From: an uncultured Desulfobacter sp.
GTDB lineage: Bacteria > Desulfobacterota > Desulfobacteria > Desulfobacterales > Desulfobacteraceae
Assembly (NCBI GenBank): GCA_963665095.1
Contig: OY762069.1
Coordinates: forward strand, 2,176,001 to 2,240,000
Direction of reading: 5' to 3'
Length of the DNA stretch: 64,000 nt
Each line of letters starts with the position of its first letter. The first letter of the stretch is position 1. Below are positions 20,353-30,617 of the stretch, piece after piece. A program made the position numbers and the translations under genes. The notes beneath the pieces are model-generated. The model saw only the letters and a program-made list of their open reading frames with translations. It had not been told where the DNA came from and made no database searches.

Positions 20353-21174
20353 TTGCGTTCATACAGGCCAAAAAAGGCACGCAGACCTTCGATCATTATC
20401 CTTGCATCAGGGCTGGCTGTAATCCTGGCAACGGCACTGATCATCCGGTACAGGCTGCCGGAAAACAGCAGTCGGCAAGCCGCGCAGGAAGCACATAAAC
20501 AGACGCAGGATATGGAGTCTGTGGCAAATAAAAACACACCTGACGGAATGGTAATCAAAGAAGTCAGCAAGCCGGAGGTCATTGATTACAACGAACTTGA
20601 AAAAGAGGGCATTATAAAAGATTTAATGGCCTCCCGAAAAAAAGACCTTGGCATGTATGACAGCCTGGATATGGTGGTAAGATCCGACGAGACGGTTACT
20701 GTCGGCGGCATCACCGTCTCCATGCAGGAAATCCTTGAGCAGGCCGCAGCCAGGCAGGGCAAGGTATTTGAGACACAGCTTACCGAATCAGGCAGCCGGC
20801 AGCCGGGCAAAGTGACTACGTACGGGGTATATGTGGTCCAGCCGGGGGATAATATATGGAATATCCACTTCAGGATACTTAAAGAATATTATGCCCGCAA
20901 AGGCATTGAGGTGGAAGACAGGGCTGATGAACCAACGGATGCAGGCGTCAGTTCCGGCATAGGAAAAATTTTAAAATTTTCCGAATCCATGGTGATTATT
21001 TATAATCTCAAGGAAAAAACTGTGGATGACAATATTAATATCATAGAACCGTTGAGCAAGGTGATCATCTATAATATGGAAGAGGTGTTTTCCCTGCTTG
21101 ATAAAATAGATTTTAACCATGTGGACAGACTCCAGTTTGATGGAACAAACATCTGGATACCAATACACAACTAA
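20353..21174 (+). CDS. Membrane-anchored hypothetical protein with a LysM-like segment
   Basis: N-terminal TM; YVVQPGDNIWNI; TTG start after AAGGAG. Confidence 0.6.
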   Translation: MRSYRPKKARRPSIIILASGLAVILATALIIRYRLPENSSRQAAQEAHKQTQDMESVANKNTPDGMVIKEVSKPEVIDYNELEKEGIIKDLMASRKKDLGMYDSLDMVVRSDETVTVGGITVSMQEILEQAAARQGKVFETQLTESGSRQPGKVTTYGVYVVQPGDNIWNIHFRILKEYYARKGIEVEDRADEPTDAGVSSGIGKILKFSESMVIIYNLKEKTVDDNINIIEPLSKVIIYNMEEVFSLLDKIDFNHVDRLQFDGTNIWIPIHN

Positions 21175-21207
21175 AAAACCCGTTTACCCGATTAAAGGAG
21201 GCACATT

Positions 21208-21552
21208 TTGATCAGTACAGCATATGCCATGGGCCCCGCAGGCGGCCAGGCTGGACAGGCCGGTGGACTGGCAGGTTTTCTGCCCATTATTATTTTGTTT
21301 GCCATTTTCTACTTTCTGCTCATACGGCCCCAGCAGAAAAAGGCTAAAGAGCACAAGCAGATGATTGACAACCTTAAAAAAGGAAGCAGAATTGTGACCT
21401 CCGGTGGTATTTACGGCACCATTGTATCTCTGGATGACACCACCATCGGGCTTGAGATTGCTGAAAAAGTAAAAATCAAAATATCACGGGCAAATGTAGC
21501 CGGCATGATTCGGGATAATGAACCGGCAGCAAAAGCCAAAGAAAAAAATTAA
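21208..21552 (+). CDS. yajC: Preprotein translocase subunit YajC
   Basis: FYFLLIRPQQK, VTSGGIYG. Confidence 0.95.
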   Translation: MISTAYAMGPAGGQAGQAGGLAGFLPIIILFAIFYFLLIRPQQKKAKEHKQMIDNLKKGSRIVTSGGIYGTIVSLDDTTIGLEIAEKVKIKISRANVAGMIRDNEPAAKAKEKN

Positions 21553-21579
21553 CTTAATTCTTTCCGGGAGTGTTTAAGA

Positions 21580-23151
21580 TTGAAATTTTTTACCTTGAAG
21601 CGCGTACTCATTCTGGGAATTATCGTTGCTGCAGTTGTATGCCTGCTTCCCACCTTTACCAATACCTGGCCCCATAAAAAGATCAACCTTGGTCTTGACC
21701 TTCAGGGCGGTATGCACCTGGTCCTTGAAGTTCAAAGCGAAAAAGCGGTTGAAGCGGAGCTGGACCGGACCATCAGCGAGCTGAAAACAGATCTTAAAAA
21801 AGAAAAAATAAAACACATGGGCATTGCCACGGCCCCTGATCATAAGATCATTGTTAAAATTTCAGATACGGACAACAAGTCCAGTGTAGAAGAATTGCTG
21901 TCAGAAGAGTATGCAAGTCTTGAGATTCCTTCGGTGAGCACCATTGAAGGCGGGGTAGCCTTTACCCTGCGCCTGCCGGACAAAGAGAGCGCCTCCATAA
22001 AAAAGATGGCCACGGAACAGGCCCTTGAGACCATTCGCAACCGTATTGACGAGTTTGGTGTCAGCGAACCTGATATCCGTATCCAGGGCGGGGACAGAAT
22101 TCTTTTGCAGCTGCCCGGCATCAGTGACCCGGACCGGGCCAAGGATCTTATTGGAAAAACCGCCCAGCTCACCTTCCAGCTGGTGGATGAACAAAATGAT
22201 GTTCAGACCGCTCTTGCCGGCAAACCACCCGTGGGAGATGAGATCCTTTACCAGATAAGAAAGGATGAAACCACCGGTTCCCATAGTAAAGTACCCTTCC
22301 TGATCAAAAAGCATGTGGAGCTGGACGGCAGCCACCTGACAAATGCCCGGGTGGAATTTGACCAGTTCCAGCAGCCCCAGGTGGGCATTGAATTCAGCCG
22401 CAAAGGCGCCCGGATTTTTGAACGTATCACCGGTGCCAATGTTAACAAGCGCCTTGCCATTGTGCTGGATAAAAACGTCTACTCCGCCCCCAATATCCAG
22501 GACCGCATCGCAGGCGGCAAAGCCCGGATCACCGGTCATTTTACCCTTGAAGAAGCCACGGACCTTGCCATTGCCCTGCGGGCAGGTTCCCTGCCGGCAC
22601 CGGTAAAAATCATTGAAGAACGAACCGTTGGGCCGACATTAGGTGCGGATTCCGTACGTATGGGTCTGATCTCCATGCTGGTGGGCGGTGCCCTGGTCAT
22701 TGTCTTCATGGTGATCTACTACCGGGGTGCAGGTCTGATTGCCGATCTTGCTTTGATTGTAAACATCTTTCTTATCGGAGGCGGGCTGGCAGTATTTGGC
22801 GCCACCCTGACCCTTCCGGGTATTGCCGGTATTATTCTGACCATTGGTATGGCGGTGGATGCCAACGTTATTATTTTTGAACGTATCCGGGAAGAGCTTC
22901 GTTCCGGACGGACAGCCAAGGCAGCGGTGGAAGCCGGATATGAACGGGCCACCCTGACCATCATGGATGCCAATGTCACGACCCTGATTGCCGCTATTGT
23001 CCTGTTCCAGTTCGGCACAGGTCCTATCAAGGGCTTTGCCGTCACCCTGGGCCTTGGTATTGTGGCCAGCCTGTTTACTGCCCTGATCCTGTCCAAGAGC
23101 ATTTACGACATCATTCTTGCGAACAAACAATCTGACACTTTAAGCATATAA
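21580..23151 (+). CDS. secD: Protein translocase subunit SecD
   Basis: LGLDLQGG, RNRIDEFGVSEP, LRAGSLPA, GMAVDANV. Confidence 0.97.
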   Translation: MKFFTLKRVLILGIIVAAVVCLLPTFTNTWPHKKINLGLDLQGGMHLVLEVQSEKAVEAELDRTISELKTDLKKEKIKHMGIATAPDHKIIVKISDTDNKSSVEELLSEEYASLEIPSVSTIEGGVAFTLRLPDKESASIKKMATEQALETIRNRIDEFGVSEPDIRIQGGDRILLQLPGISDPDRAKDLIGKTAQLTFQLVDEQNDVQTALAGKPPVGDEILYQIRKDETTGSHSKVPFLIKKHVELDGSHLTNARVEFDQFQQPQVGIEFSRKGARIFERITGANVNKRLAIVLDKNVYSAPNIQDRIAGGKARITGHFTLEEATDLAIALRAGSLPAPVKIIEERTVGPTLGADSVRMGLISMLVGGALVIVFMVIYYRGAGLIADLALIVNIFLIGGGLAVFGATLTLPGIAGIILTIGMAVDANVIIFERIREELRSGRTAKAAVEAGYERATLTIMDANVTTLIAAIVLFQFGTGPIKGFAVTLGLGIVASLFTALILSKSIYDIILANKQSDTLSI

Positions 23152-23164
23152 GGAAATTTTCATC

Positions 23165-24202
23165 ATGCAGTTTATCAAGCCTGGTACCAATATCAATTTT
23201 ATGGGAATGCGCAAAATCGGTTTTGGCGTTTCCCTGATCCTGATTCTGGCAGGTATTATCTCTCTTATCATTCATGGCGGTCCCAATTATGGAATTGACT
23301 TTGCCGGCGGCACCCTTGTACAGGTGAAATTTTCCCAGAGTGTTGATGTATCAGACATTCGCAAAGGACTTGACAACATCGGACTGAAAGATGTCTCTGT
23401 TCAGAATTTTGGGGAGGCTGGGGCACATGAATACCTGATCCGCACCTCCTCCGACACCGAGGCGCTGGATGGAAAACTTTCCGATACCATTGCAAAAGGG
23501 ATTAAGGCATCTACCTCACTGGACCCGGATATCCGGCGAGTGGAAATGGTGGGAGCACGGGTGGGGAATGATCTCAAGAAACAAGCCCTTCTGGCGATCT
23601 TTTATTCTCTTTTGTTTATCACCATCTATATTTCCGGCAGGTTTGAACAAAAATGGACCATTGCCGGCATTACGGCGGGGGCATTGATGGCAGCTGTCTA
23701 CTTTCTGTCCGTTTTCAACCTGTCCATGCCGTTTTTGATTGCTGCAGCCCTGATTGTCTCTCTGATTCTGTTCTGGTTTCTGCAACTGCAGTATGCCATT
23801 GGCGCCATTGTAGCCCTGATCCATGATGTAACTATCACTTTAGGGGTTTTTTCCCTGCTCAATCTTGATGTTTCCCTGCAGATTATTGCGGCCCTTTTAA
23901 CCATCATCGGGTACTCTCTCAACGACACCATCATCGTGTTTGACAGAATCCGTGAAAACATCAAGGGCAATTCAGACCGCTCTATGATTTCAGCGCTGTT
24001 CAACCGCAGCATCAATGAGACCTTATCCAGAACCATCCTGACATCAGCGACCACTTTAATTGTGTTGCTGGCTTTGTTTTTCCTGGGCGGTGAAATTATA
24101 CATAATTTCGCCTTTGCCATGATCATAGGGATAGTTGTGGGCACCTACTCATCCATTTTCATTGCCTCACCCATTGTGTATCTGTCACACAGAAAAGGAT
24201 AA
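23165..24202 (+). CDS. secF: Protein translocase subunit SecF
   Basis: GIDFAGG, HDV, GYSLNDTIIVFDRIRE, GTYSS. Confidence 0.96.
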   Translation: MQFIKPGTNINFMGMRKIGFGVSLILILAGIISLIIHGGPNYGIDFAGGTLVQVKFSQSVDVSDIRKGLDNIGLKDVSVQNFGEAGAHEYLIRTSSDTEALDGKLSDTIAKGIKASTSLDPDIRRVEMVGARVGNDLKKQALLAIFYSLLFITIYISGRFEQKWTIAGITAGALMAAVYFLSVFNLSMPFLIAAALIVSLILFWFLQLQYAIGAIVALIHDVTITLGVFSLLNLDVSLQIIAALLTIIGYSLNDTIIVFDRIRENIKGNSDRSMISALFNRSINETLSRTILTSATTLIVLLALFFLGGEIIHNFAFAMIIGIVVGTYSSIFIASPIVYLSHRKG

Positions 24203-24211
24203 GGTTGGCGG

Positions 24212-24913
24212 ATGCCTGGTCTAACAAAATACCCGGCCAGAACCTTGGTGTTTTTTTTTACCCTTTTGTTTATGGTATCATGTTCTACCGTTAAGCCACC
24301 GGTTCACCAGCAGGCACAGGACCTGACAAAGGCCGTGCCTGCCGAAACCCTTTCGGAACAAACCGGCAACAACACCCAACTCCATATTCTGGAAGGAAAA
24401 ATCAGCCTTCTTGAGGAGAGGGTTGAAGCACTGGAAGCCCGGATATCCTCGAACCATACGGCATCTTTGCCTGAAAAGCCGGTCGCTGTCGCTAAAACAA
24501 ATACTGAAACCGGCCACTCTCCTGCATCATCGCAGACGCCCGATCCTGTAACGCTTTACAACCAGGGCCGGCAGCGGCTCCTGGCACATGAGGTGTCACA
24601 AGCGGCTTCTTCATTTTCAATTTTTTTAAAAAACTATCCCGACCATGATCTGGCAGACAATGCGCTTTACTGGCTTGGTGAATGCAGCTACACCACAGGT
24701 AATTATGAAGAATCTATTGAGAGTTTTAAACGCGTTGTACAGAACTACCCCAAGGGGCAGAAGGTTCCGGATGCCCTGCTTAAAATCGGATATGCATATA
24801 TTTCCATTGATGACGTCCATCAGGCCACGCTCTATTTGAAAAGGGTTATCACCCAGTATCCGTTCTCTCCTGCCGCAGAAAAGGCTCAAACAAAACTGTC
24901 ACAGATTCAGTAG
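24212..24913 (+). CDS. cpoB: Tol-Pal associated TPR lipoprotein YbgF/CpoB
   Basis: Lipobox-like Cys, coiled coil, LADNALYWLGE, KVPDALLKIG. Confidence 0.8.
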   Translation: MPGLTKYPARTLVFFFTLLFMVSCSTVKPPVHQQAQDLTKAVPAETLSEQTGNNTQLHILEGKISLLEERVEALEARISSNHTASLPEKPVAVAKTNTETGHSPASSQTPDPVTLYNQGRQRLLAHEVSQAASSFSIFLKNYPDHDLADNALYWLGECSYTTGNYEESIESFKRVVQNYPKGQKVPDALLKIGYAYISIDDVHQATLYLKRVITQYPFSPAAEKAQTKLSQIQ

Positions 24914-24917
24914 AAAA

Positions 24918-26033
24918 ATGACCATTTGTCCGGACACATATCTGCCCTGGTTCACCATGGCAGCACTGCCGGGATTAAGCCCTGGAAACATCAAGCTTCT
25001 GATCCGGCAATTCACCACACCTTGGCGAGTTCTACAGGCTTCTGAGCAGGATTTATCATCTGTTCCCGGTATCCGGTCCCGGGCAGTCAAAGCGATCTTA
25101 GGCCATAAAACGGTTGAAGCTTGTGCCCGGCAGCGCCTTGAACAGATATTCAGCGCAGGATACAAGGTTGCGGCACTGACAGATGACATCTACCCTGCCC
25201 TGCTCAAAGAGATTCCTGATCCGCCTCCCCTGCTCTTTTATGACGGGGAGCTGGATGCCAAGGCGCCCTGCATATCCATGGTAGGATCACGCAACGCCAC
25301 CCGGTACGGCACAGATACGGCACGGCACCTGGCAAAACGGCTGGCAGCTGCGGGTTTTACAGTAGTATCAGGCATGGCATTAGGGGTTGATACCGCATCC
25401 CACAATGGTGCGCTTGAGGCAGATACGGGGAAAACCATTGCGGTTTTAGGCTCCGGCCTTGCCAATATCTATCCGAAACAAAATAGAGCCTTATATCAGC
25501 GTATAAAAGACAAGGGGGCGGTGATTTCCGAATTTTATCCGGAGACAAAACCTTTGCCAATCAACTTTCCCCAGCGAAACAGAATCATAGCCGGCCTCTC
25601 CTGCGGTACGGTTGTGGTGGAAGCTGCAGAAAAAAGCGGGTCTCTTATCACGGCCCGCCTGGCAGGGGAATACAACCGGGAGGTATTTGCCGTACCAGGC
25701 AGTATCCGATCATCAAAAAGCCGGGGCACCCATCATCTGATCAAACAGGGTGCCCGGCTTGTGGAAAATGAAATGGATATCATTGACGAACTTTCCCAGT
25801 TTGTCCATGTATCTAAACCGGGTGATTCGGAGCCGGCTTTGCAAAAACCGGCCATGGACAAAATCCAGGCCATGGTATATAAACACCTGGATCTTTATCC
25901 TGTGCATATAGACCAGATTACCGTCTCAAGCGGGCTTACAAGCGCACAGGTTGCAGCGGCCCTGCTTGACCTGGAATTATCCGGGCTTATTATTCGCCAT
26001 CCAGGCAATAACTATTCAATCGTGGAGGAATAA
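24918..26033 (+). CDS. dprA: DNA-processing protein DprA
   Basis: VGSRNA, VSGMALGVD, FPQRNRIIAGL, SGSLITA. Confidence 0.96.
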   Translation: MTICPDTYLPWFTMAALPGLSPGNIKLLIRQFTTPWRVLQASEQDLSSVPGIRSRAVKAILGHKTVEACARQRLEQIFSAGYKVAALTDDIYPALLKEIPDPPPLLFYDGELDAKAPCISMVGSRNATRYGTDTARHLAKRLAAAGFTVVSGMALGVDTASHNGALEADTGKTIAVLGSGLANIYPKQNRALYQRIKDKGAVISEFYPETKPLPINFPQRNRIIAGLSCGTVVVEAAEKSGSLITARLAGEYNREVFAVPGSIRSSKSRGTHHLIKQGARLVENEMDIIDELSQFVHVSKPGDSEPALQKPAMDKIQAMVYKHLDLYPVHIDQITVSSGLTSAQVAAALLDLELSGLIIRHPGNNYSIVEE

Positions 26034-26035
26034 AA

Positions 26036-28318
26036 TTGGCAAAACCGCTTATCATTGTCGAATCGCCAACCAAAATCAAAACCCTGAAAAAATACGTTGG
26101 GAAAGGATATAACGTGGCAGCCAGTGCCGGTCACATCCGCGACCTTCCGGTAAAAGATTTAGGCATTGACGTGGACGACAATTTTAAAGCCAAGTATGTC
26201 AACATAAAAGACAAGACCAAAGTTATTGCCAACCTGAAGAAAACAGCCGGGGATACAAACGAGGTGTTTCTTGCCCCTGACCCGGACCGTGAAGGTGAAG
26301 CCATTGCCTTTCATATCATGCACATCCTGAAAAAAAAGGACCGGCAGTTTCACCGGGTTCTGATTCATGAGCTCACCAAGAGAGGCATTACTGAAGCCCT
26401 GGCCCACCCAACAGAACCGGATGAGGACAAATATGATGCCCAGCAGGCCAGAAGAAAACTGGACAGGCTGGTGGGGTACCAGATCTCCCCGCTTTTGTGG
26501 CAAAAGGTGCAGCGGGGCTTAAGTGCCGGCCGGGTTCAGTCCGTGGCCGTTAAAATTATCTGTGACAGGGAACGGGAGATCCGCGCCTTTGAGCCTGAAG
26601 AATACTGGACCATCACGGCGGATCTTCTGGCTGGCCAGCCACCGGTTTTCAATGCAGCACTGACCAGAATATCCGGTAAAAAAGCAAAAATCACCAATGC
26701 AGACCAGGCTCATGCCATTGTGGCCGACCTTGAACAGGCCCGTTTTCAGGTGCAGGAAATTAAAAACAAAACCCTGAGGCGCAATCCATTACCTCCTTTT
26801 ATTACCAGTAAGCTGCAGCAGGATGCCATCAACCGGCTTCGTTTTTCAGCCAAGAAAACAATGATCGTGGCCCAGCAGTTGTATGAAGGTATTGAAATCG
26901 GGACCGGCGGTCCCGAAGGTCTGATCACCTATATGCGTACAGACTCCACACGGATTGCACCCGAAGCTGCCCAGGAGGCATTAGACCTCATCAGCAACAC
27001 ATACGGTCCTGAATACGCCCTGGACTCCCCCAGATTTTTTAAAAATAAAAACAAGGCCCAGGATGCCCATGAAGCCATCCGGCCCACATCTATACACAAT
27101 ATCCCGGAGAATCTGAAAAATCACCTCACCCCGGACCAGTTCAAGCTGTATGATCTGATATGGAAACGCTTTGTGGCCTCCCAGATGGCCCAGGCCCTGA
27201 TTGACCAGAAATCCATTCTGATATCTGCCACTGAGAAATATCTTTTTTCCGTGTCCGGGTCCACAGTCCGGTTTGACGGATTCATGCGGCTGTATGCCAC
27301 CCAGGAAAAATCCAGCGACAAGGATATCCAGTCTCTGCCCCCGGTTGAGGCAGGCGATCCCCTTACAACAAAAAAACTGAATCCTGACCAGCATTTTACC
27401 AAACCCCCGCCAAGGTTCTCAGAAGCATCCCTGGTCAAGGAGCTTGAAAAAAACGGCATTGGCAGACCCTCCACCTATGCCTCTATCATTGCTGTAATCC
27501 AGGATAAAGGATATGTGGAACTTATTAACCGGTACTTTGTTCCCAGTGAACTTGGCTTTATTGTAAACGATCTGCTTGTTTCCGCATTTCCAAGGCTTCT
27601 GGACATTTCATTTACCGCCCAGATGGAAACCAACCTGGATGATGTTGAACAGGGCAAACTCAATGAAATTGAACTTCTGAAAGTCTTTTACTCAGATTTC
27701 AAGGCCACCCTGGATAATGCCAAGGACGATATGGTGTCTGTAAAAGGGGTTGGCATAGAAACAGATATCAAATGTCCCTTGTGCGGCAAGCCAGTGAATA
27801 TTAAAATCGGCAGAAACGGTCATTTCCTTGCCTGCACCGGGTATCCGGAATGCAGTTTCACCTCCAATTACACCAGGGATGAAAAAGGCAATATTCAAAT
27901 TGTTGAAAAAATCCAGGACAGTGAGCCGGTCAAGGACTGCCCGGAATGCGGCAAACCCATGGTGATGAAAGAGGGACGGTTTGGTCTGTTCCTGGCATGT
28001 ACCGGTTACCCGGAGTGTAAACACACGGAATCCGTGGCCCAGGAGAACTCAAACAAAGATACCGGTGTTCCCTGTCCTGAAAAGGGATGCACCGGCACCA
28101 TTGTTGAGAAACGATCTAAGCGGGGGAAAATTTTCTACGGATGTTCAAAATATCCGGACTGCACCTTTGCCACCTGGGATAAACCTGTCAATGAAAGCTG
28201 TCCGGACTGCGGCAACCCGTACTTAGTGGAAAAGGAAACCAAACGGGACGGTAAACTTTATAAATGTCCGGACCGTAAATGCGGGTTTAAAAAAAGCCTG
28301 CTGCCTGACCAGGAATAA
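26036..28318 (+). CDS. topA: DNA topoisomerase I
   Basis: IVESP, DPDREGE, SAGRVQS, ITYMRTDS, C-terminal Zn ribbons. Confidence 0.97.
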   Translation: MAKPLIIVESPTKIKTLKKYVGKGYNVAASAGHIRDLPVKDLGIDVDDNFKAKYVNIKDKTKVIANLKKTAGDTNEVFLAPDPDREGEAIAFHIMHILKKKDRQFHRVLIHELTKRGITEALAHPTEPDEDKYDAQQARRKLDRLVGYQISPLLWQKVQRGLSAGRVQSVAVKIICDREREIRAFEPEEYWTITADLLAGQPPVFNAALTRISGKKAKITNADQAHAIVADLEQARFQVQEIKNKTLRRNPLPPFITSKLQQDAINRLRFSAKKTMIVAQQLYEGIEIGTGGPEGLITYMRTDSTRIAPEAAQEALDLISNTYGPEYALDSPRFFKNKNKAQDAHEAIRPTSIHNIPENLKNHLTPDQFKLYDLIWKRFVASQMAQALIDQKSILISATEKYLFSVSGSTVRFDGFMRLYATQEKSSDKDIQSLPPVEAGDPLTTKKLNPDQHFTKPPPRFSEASLVKELEKNGIGRPSTYASIIAVIQDKGYVELINRYFVPSELGFIVNDLLVSAFPRLLDISFTAQMETNLDDVEQGKLNEIELLKVFYSDFKATLDNAKDDMVSVKGVGIETDIKCPLCGKPVNIKIGRNGHFLACTGYPECSFTSNYTRDEKGNIQIVEKIQDSEPVKDCPECGKPMVMKEGRFGLFLACTGYPECKHTESVAQENSNKDTGVPCPEKGCTGTIVEKRSKRGKIFYGCSKYPDCTFATWDKPVNESCPDCGNPYLVEKETKRDGKLYKCPDRKCGFKKSLLPDQE

Positions 28319-28326
28319 CAAACTTG

Positions 28327-28890
28327 TTATTCATTTACACGCTCGACATATTCCCGGGTCCGCGTATCAATTTTAATTAACTGGCCTTCATCCACAAATG
28401 GCGGGACCTGCACCTCAAACCCGGTTTCAACCGTGGCCGGTTTGGTATCGCCTGTAGCCGTATCCCCCTTGGCCCAGGGCTCGGTAACGGTAACCCGCAA
28501 CGCCACGAAATTGGGCAGCGTAACACCGATGGGCTTCTGATTGTGCAAAAGTACCGTACAAACAGTATTATCTTTAAGCAGATCCACGTTCTCACCGATC
28601 TGATCCTTTGTCAGCATAATTTGTTCGTAGGTATTTGAATTCATGAAACACCACTCATCCCTGTCTGAATAAAGGTATTCCATATCCACTTCTTCAAGGT
28701 CAGCTTTTTCAAACTTGTCACCGGAACGATAGGTACGTTCAAACTGGGCACCGGTGATCATATTTTTCAATCTGCATTTATACAGGGACTGCCCTTTTCC
28801 AGGTTTTTTAAATTCAAATCCCACAATGACATGGGGATCACCCTCAATATCCAGTTTCAGTCCTTTTCTCAAATCACTGGCTAAATACAT
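28327..28890 (-). CDS. efp: Elongation factor P
   Basis: KPGKG, KGDTA, VQVPPF, IDTR; ATG 28890 after AAGGAG. Confidence 0.96.
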   Translation of the reverse strand: MYLASDLRKGLKLDIEGDPHVIVGFEFKKPGKGQSLYKCRLKNMITGAQFERTYRSGDKFEKADLEEVDMEYLYSDRDEWCFMNSNTYEQIMLTKDQIGENVDLLKDNTVCTVLLHNQKPIGVTLPNFVALRVTVTEPWAKGDTATGDTKPATVETGFEVQVPPFVDEGQLIKIDTRTREYVERVNE

Positions 28891-29056
28891 CCACTCTCCT
28901 TTTTCTGACAAGCTTAACGTTTAAATAATAAAAGCGATCCTAATAAAGCATAATCTATCGCCAATGGCAAGATCCCTGCCGAAAAACAACTTGCAATTTG
29001 CCCCTGTTTATAGGAAAATTCTTTGATTTAAATTTAATCAGCTTAGGATATACCCC

Positions 29057-30586
29057 ATGATCATCGTAATAGATTTCGGCTCCCAGTTTAACCAGCTTAT
29101 TGCCAGACGGGTCCGGGAAAACAACGTATACTGCCAGGTGGAACCATCTGATATTCCTGTTGAAAAAATCAAGGATTTAAACCCCACCGGTATTATCCTT
29201 TCCGGAGGGCCTTCTTCCATATATGAAGAAAACAGCCCCACCATTGATGCCGGCATTTTCGACCTGGGTGTTCCCATTTTAGGCATCTGCTATGGCATGC
29301 ATTACATGGTCCATACCCTTGGCGGCACCATCAAACAGGCCAGCAAGCGCGAGTATGGATTTGCAGAGCTTAGAATCAAACCTGCCAACCCCCTTTTCAA
29401 AAATATGGAAGACCGTTTTCAATGCTGGATGAGCCATGGAGACTCTGCCAAGGCATTGCCTGACGGGTTTGAAGTCACGGCTGAGACAGATAACACACCC
29501 ATTGCCGCCATTGCCGATTATAAACGAAACCTGTTTGGTCTGCAGTTCCACCCTGAAGTCGAACACTCCATTAACGGAGCTGCCATGATCAAGCATTTTT
29601 TATTTGACGTGTGCGGGTGTGAAAAGAACTGGACCATGAAATCTTTCAGCGACGGTGCCATTGCTCAGATCAAGGAGGCTGTGGGCGACAAAAAAGTAAT
29701 TATGGGCCTTTCCGGGGGCGTGGACTCTTCAGTGGCGGCCACACTGATTCACAAAGCTGTGGGAAAAAATCTGCACTGCATTTTTGTGGACAACGGCCTT
29801 TTGCGGCTCAATGAAAAAGAGCAGCTTGAAGTCAGTCTTCGTGCCAATCTCGACATGAACATCAAATTTGTGGATGCCCGGGATAAATTTTTAACCGCCC
29901 TTGCAGGGGTCACCGACCCTGAACAGAAACGAAAAATCATCGGAAAAATTTTCATTGACGTTTTTGATGCTGAGGCACAAAAGGTGGAGGATGCCCAGTT
30001 TCTCGGTCAGGGGACCTTGTATCCGGACATTATTGAATCAAAATCAGCATTTGGCGGTCCCACATCCGTGATTAAATCCCATCACAATGTCGGGGGCCTG
30101 CCTGAAAAAATGAACCTGAAACTCATTGAGCCCCTCCAGCTGCTGTTTAAAGATGAGGTCAGGAAATTAGGGCTTGAACTTGGCATCAATGAGGACCTGG
30201 TCTGGCGCCAGCCTTTCCCGGGGCCCGGGCTTGCCATCCGCATCATGGGAGACATTACAGAAGAAAGATTAAATGTGCTTCGTAAAGCTGACGATATCCT
30301 GATTCAGGAAATCAGAGCCGCAGGGCTTTACCGGGAACTGTGGCAGTCCTTTGCCGTACTTCTGCCGGTTAAAAGTGTTGGCGTTATGGGTGACAAGCGG
30401 ACCTTTGCCAATTGCGTGGCCATACGTGCAGTGACCTCCAACGATGCCATGACAGCGGACTGGGCCAAGCTGCCCCATGATCTTTTAGGAAAAATTTCCA
30501 ATCGTATCATTAACGAGGTGGAAAAAATCAACAGAGTTGTTTTTGACATTACCTCAAAACCGCCCGGCACCATTGAATGGGAATAA
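29057..30586 (+). CDS. guaA: GMP synthase (glutamine-hydrolysing)
   Basis: DFGSQ, GICYG, QFHPEV, SGGVDS, KSHHNVGG, KPPGTIEWE. Confidence 0.98.
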   Translation: MIIVIDFGSQFNQLIARRVRENNVYCQVEPSDIPVEKIKDLNPTGIILSGGPSSIYEENSPTIDAGIFDLGVPILGICYGMHYMVHTLGGTIKQASKREYGFAELRIKPANPLFKNMEDRFQCWMSHGDSAKALPDGFEVTAETDNTPIAAIADYKRNLFGLQFHPEVEHSINGAAMIKHFLFDVCGCEKNWTMKSFSDGAIAQIKEAVGDKKVIMGLSGGVDSSVAATLIHKAVGKNLHCIFVDNGLLRLNEKEQLEVSLRANLDMNIKFVDARDKFLTALAGVTDPEQKRKIIGKIFIDVFDAEAQKVEDAQFLGQGTLYPDIIESKSAFGGPTSVIKSHHNVGGLPEKMNLKLIEPLQLLFKDEVRKLGLELGINEDLVWRQPFPGPGLAIRIMGDITEERLNVLRKADDILIQEIRAAGLYRELWQSFAVLLPVKSVGVMGDKRTFANCVAIRAVTSNDAMTADWAKLPHDLLGKISNRIINEVEKINRVVFDITSKPPGTIEWE

Positions 30587-30617
30587 AGAACAGGATTCTA
30601 CAGGAACACCGCCGAAA

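Noticed and set aside
24918..28318. dprA-topA linkage as a novelty
   Set aside because: Widely conserved gene order
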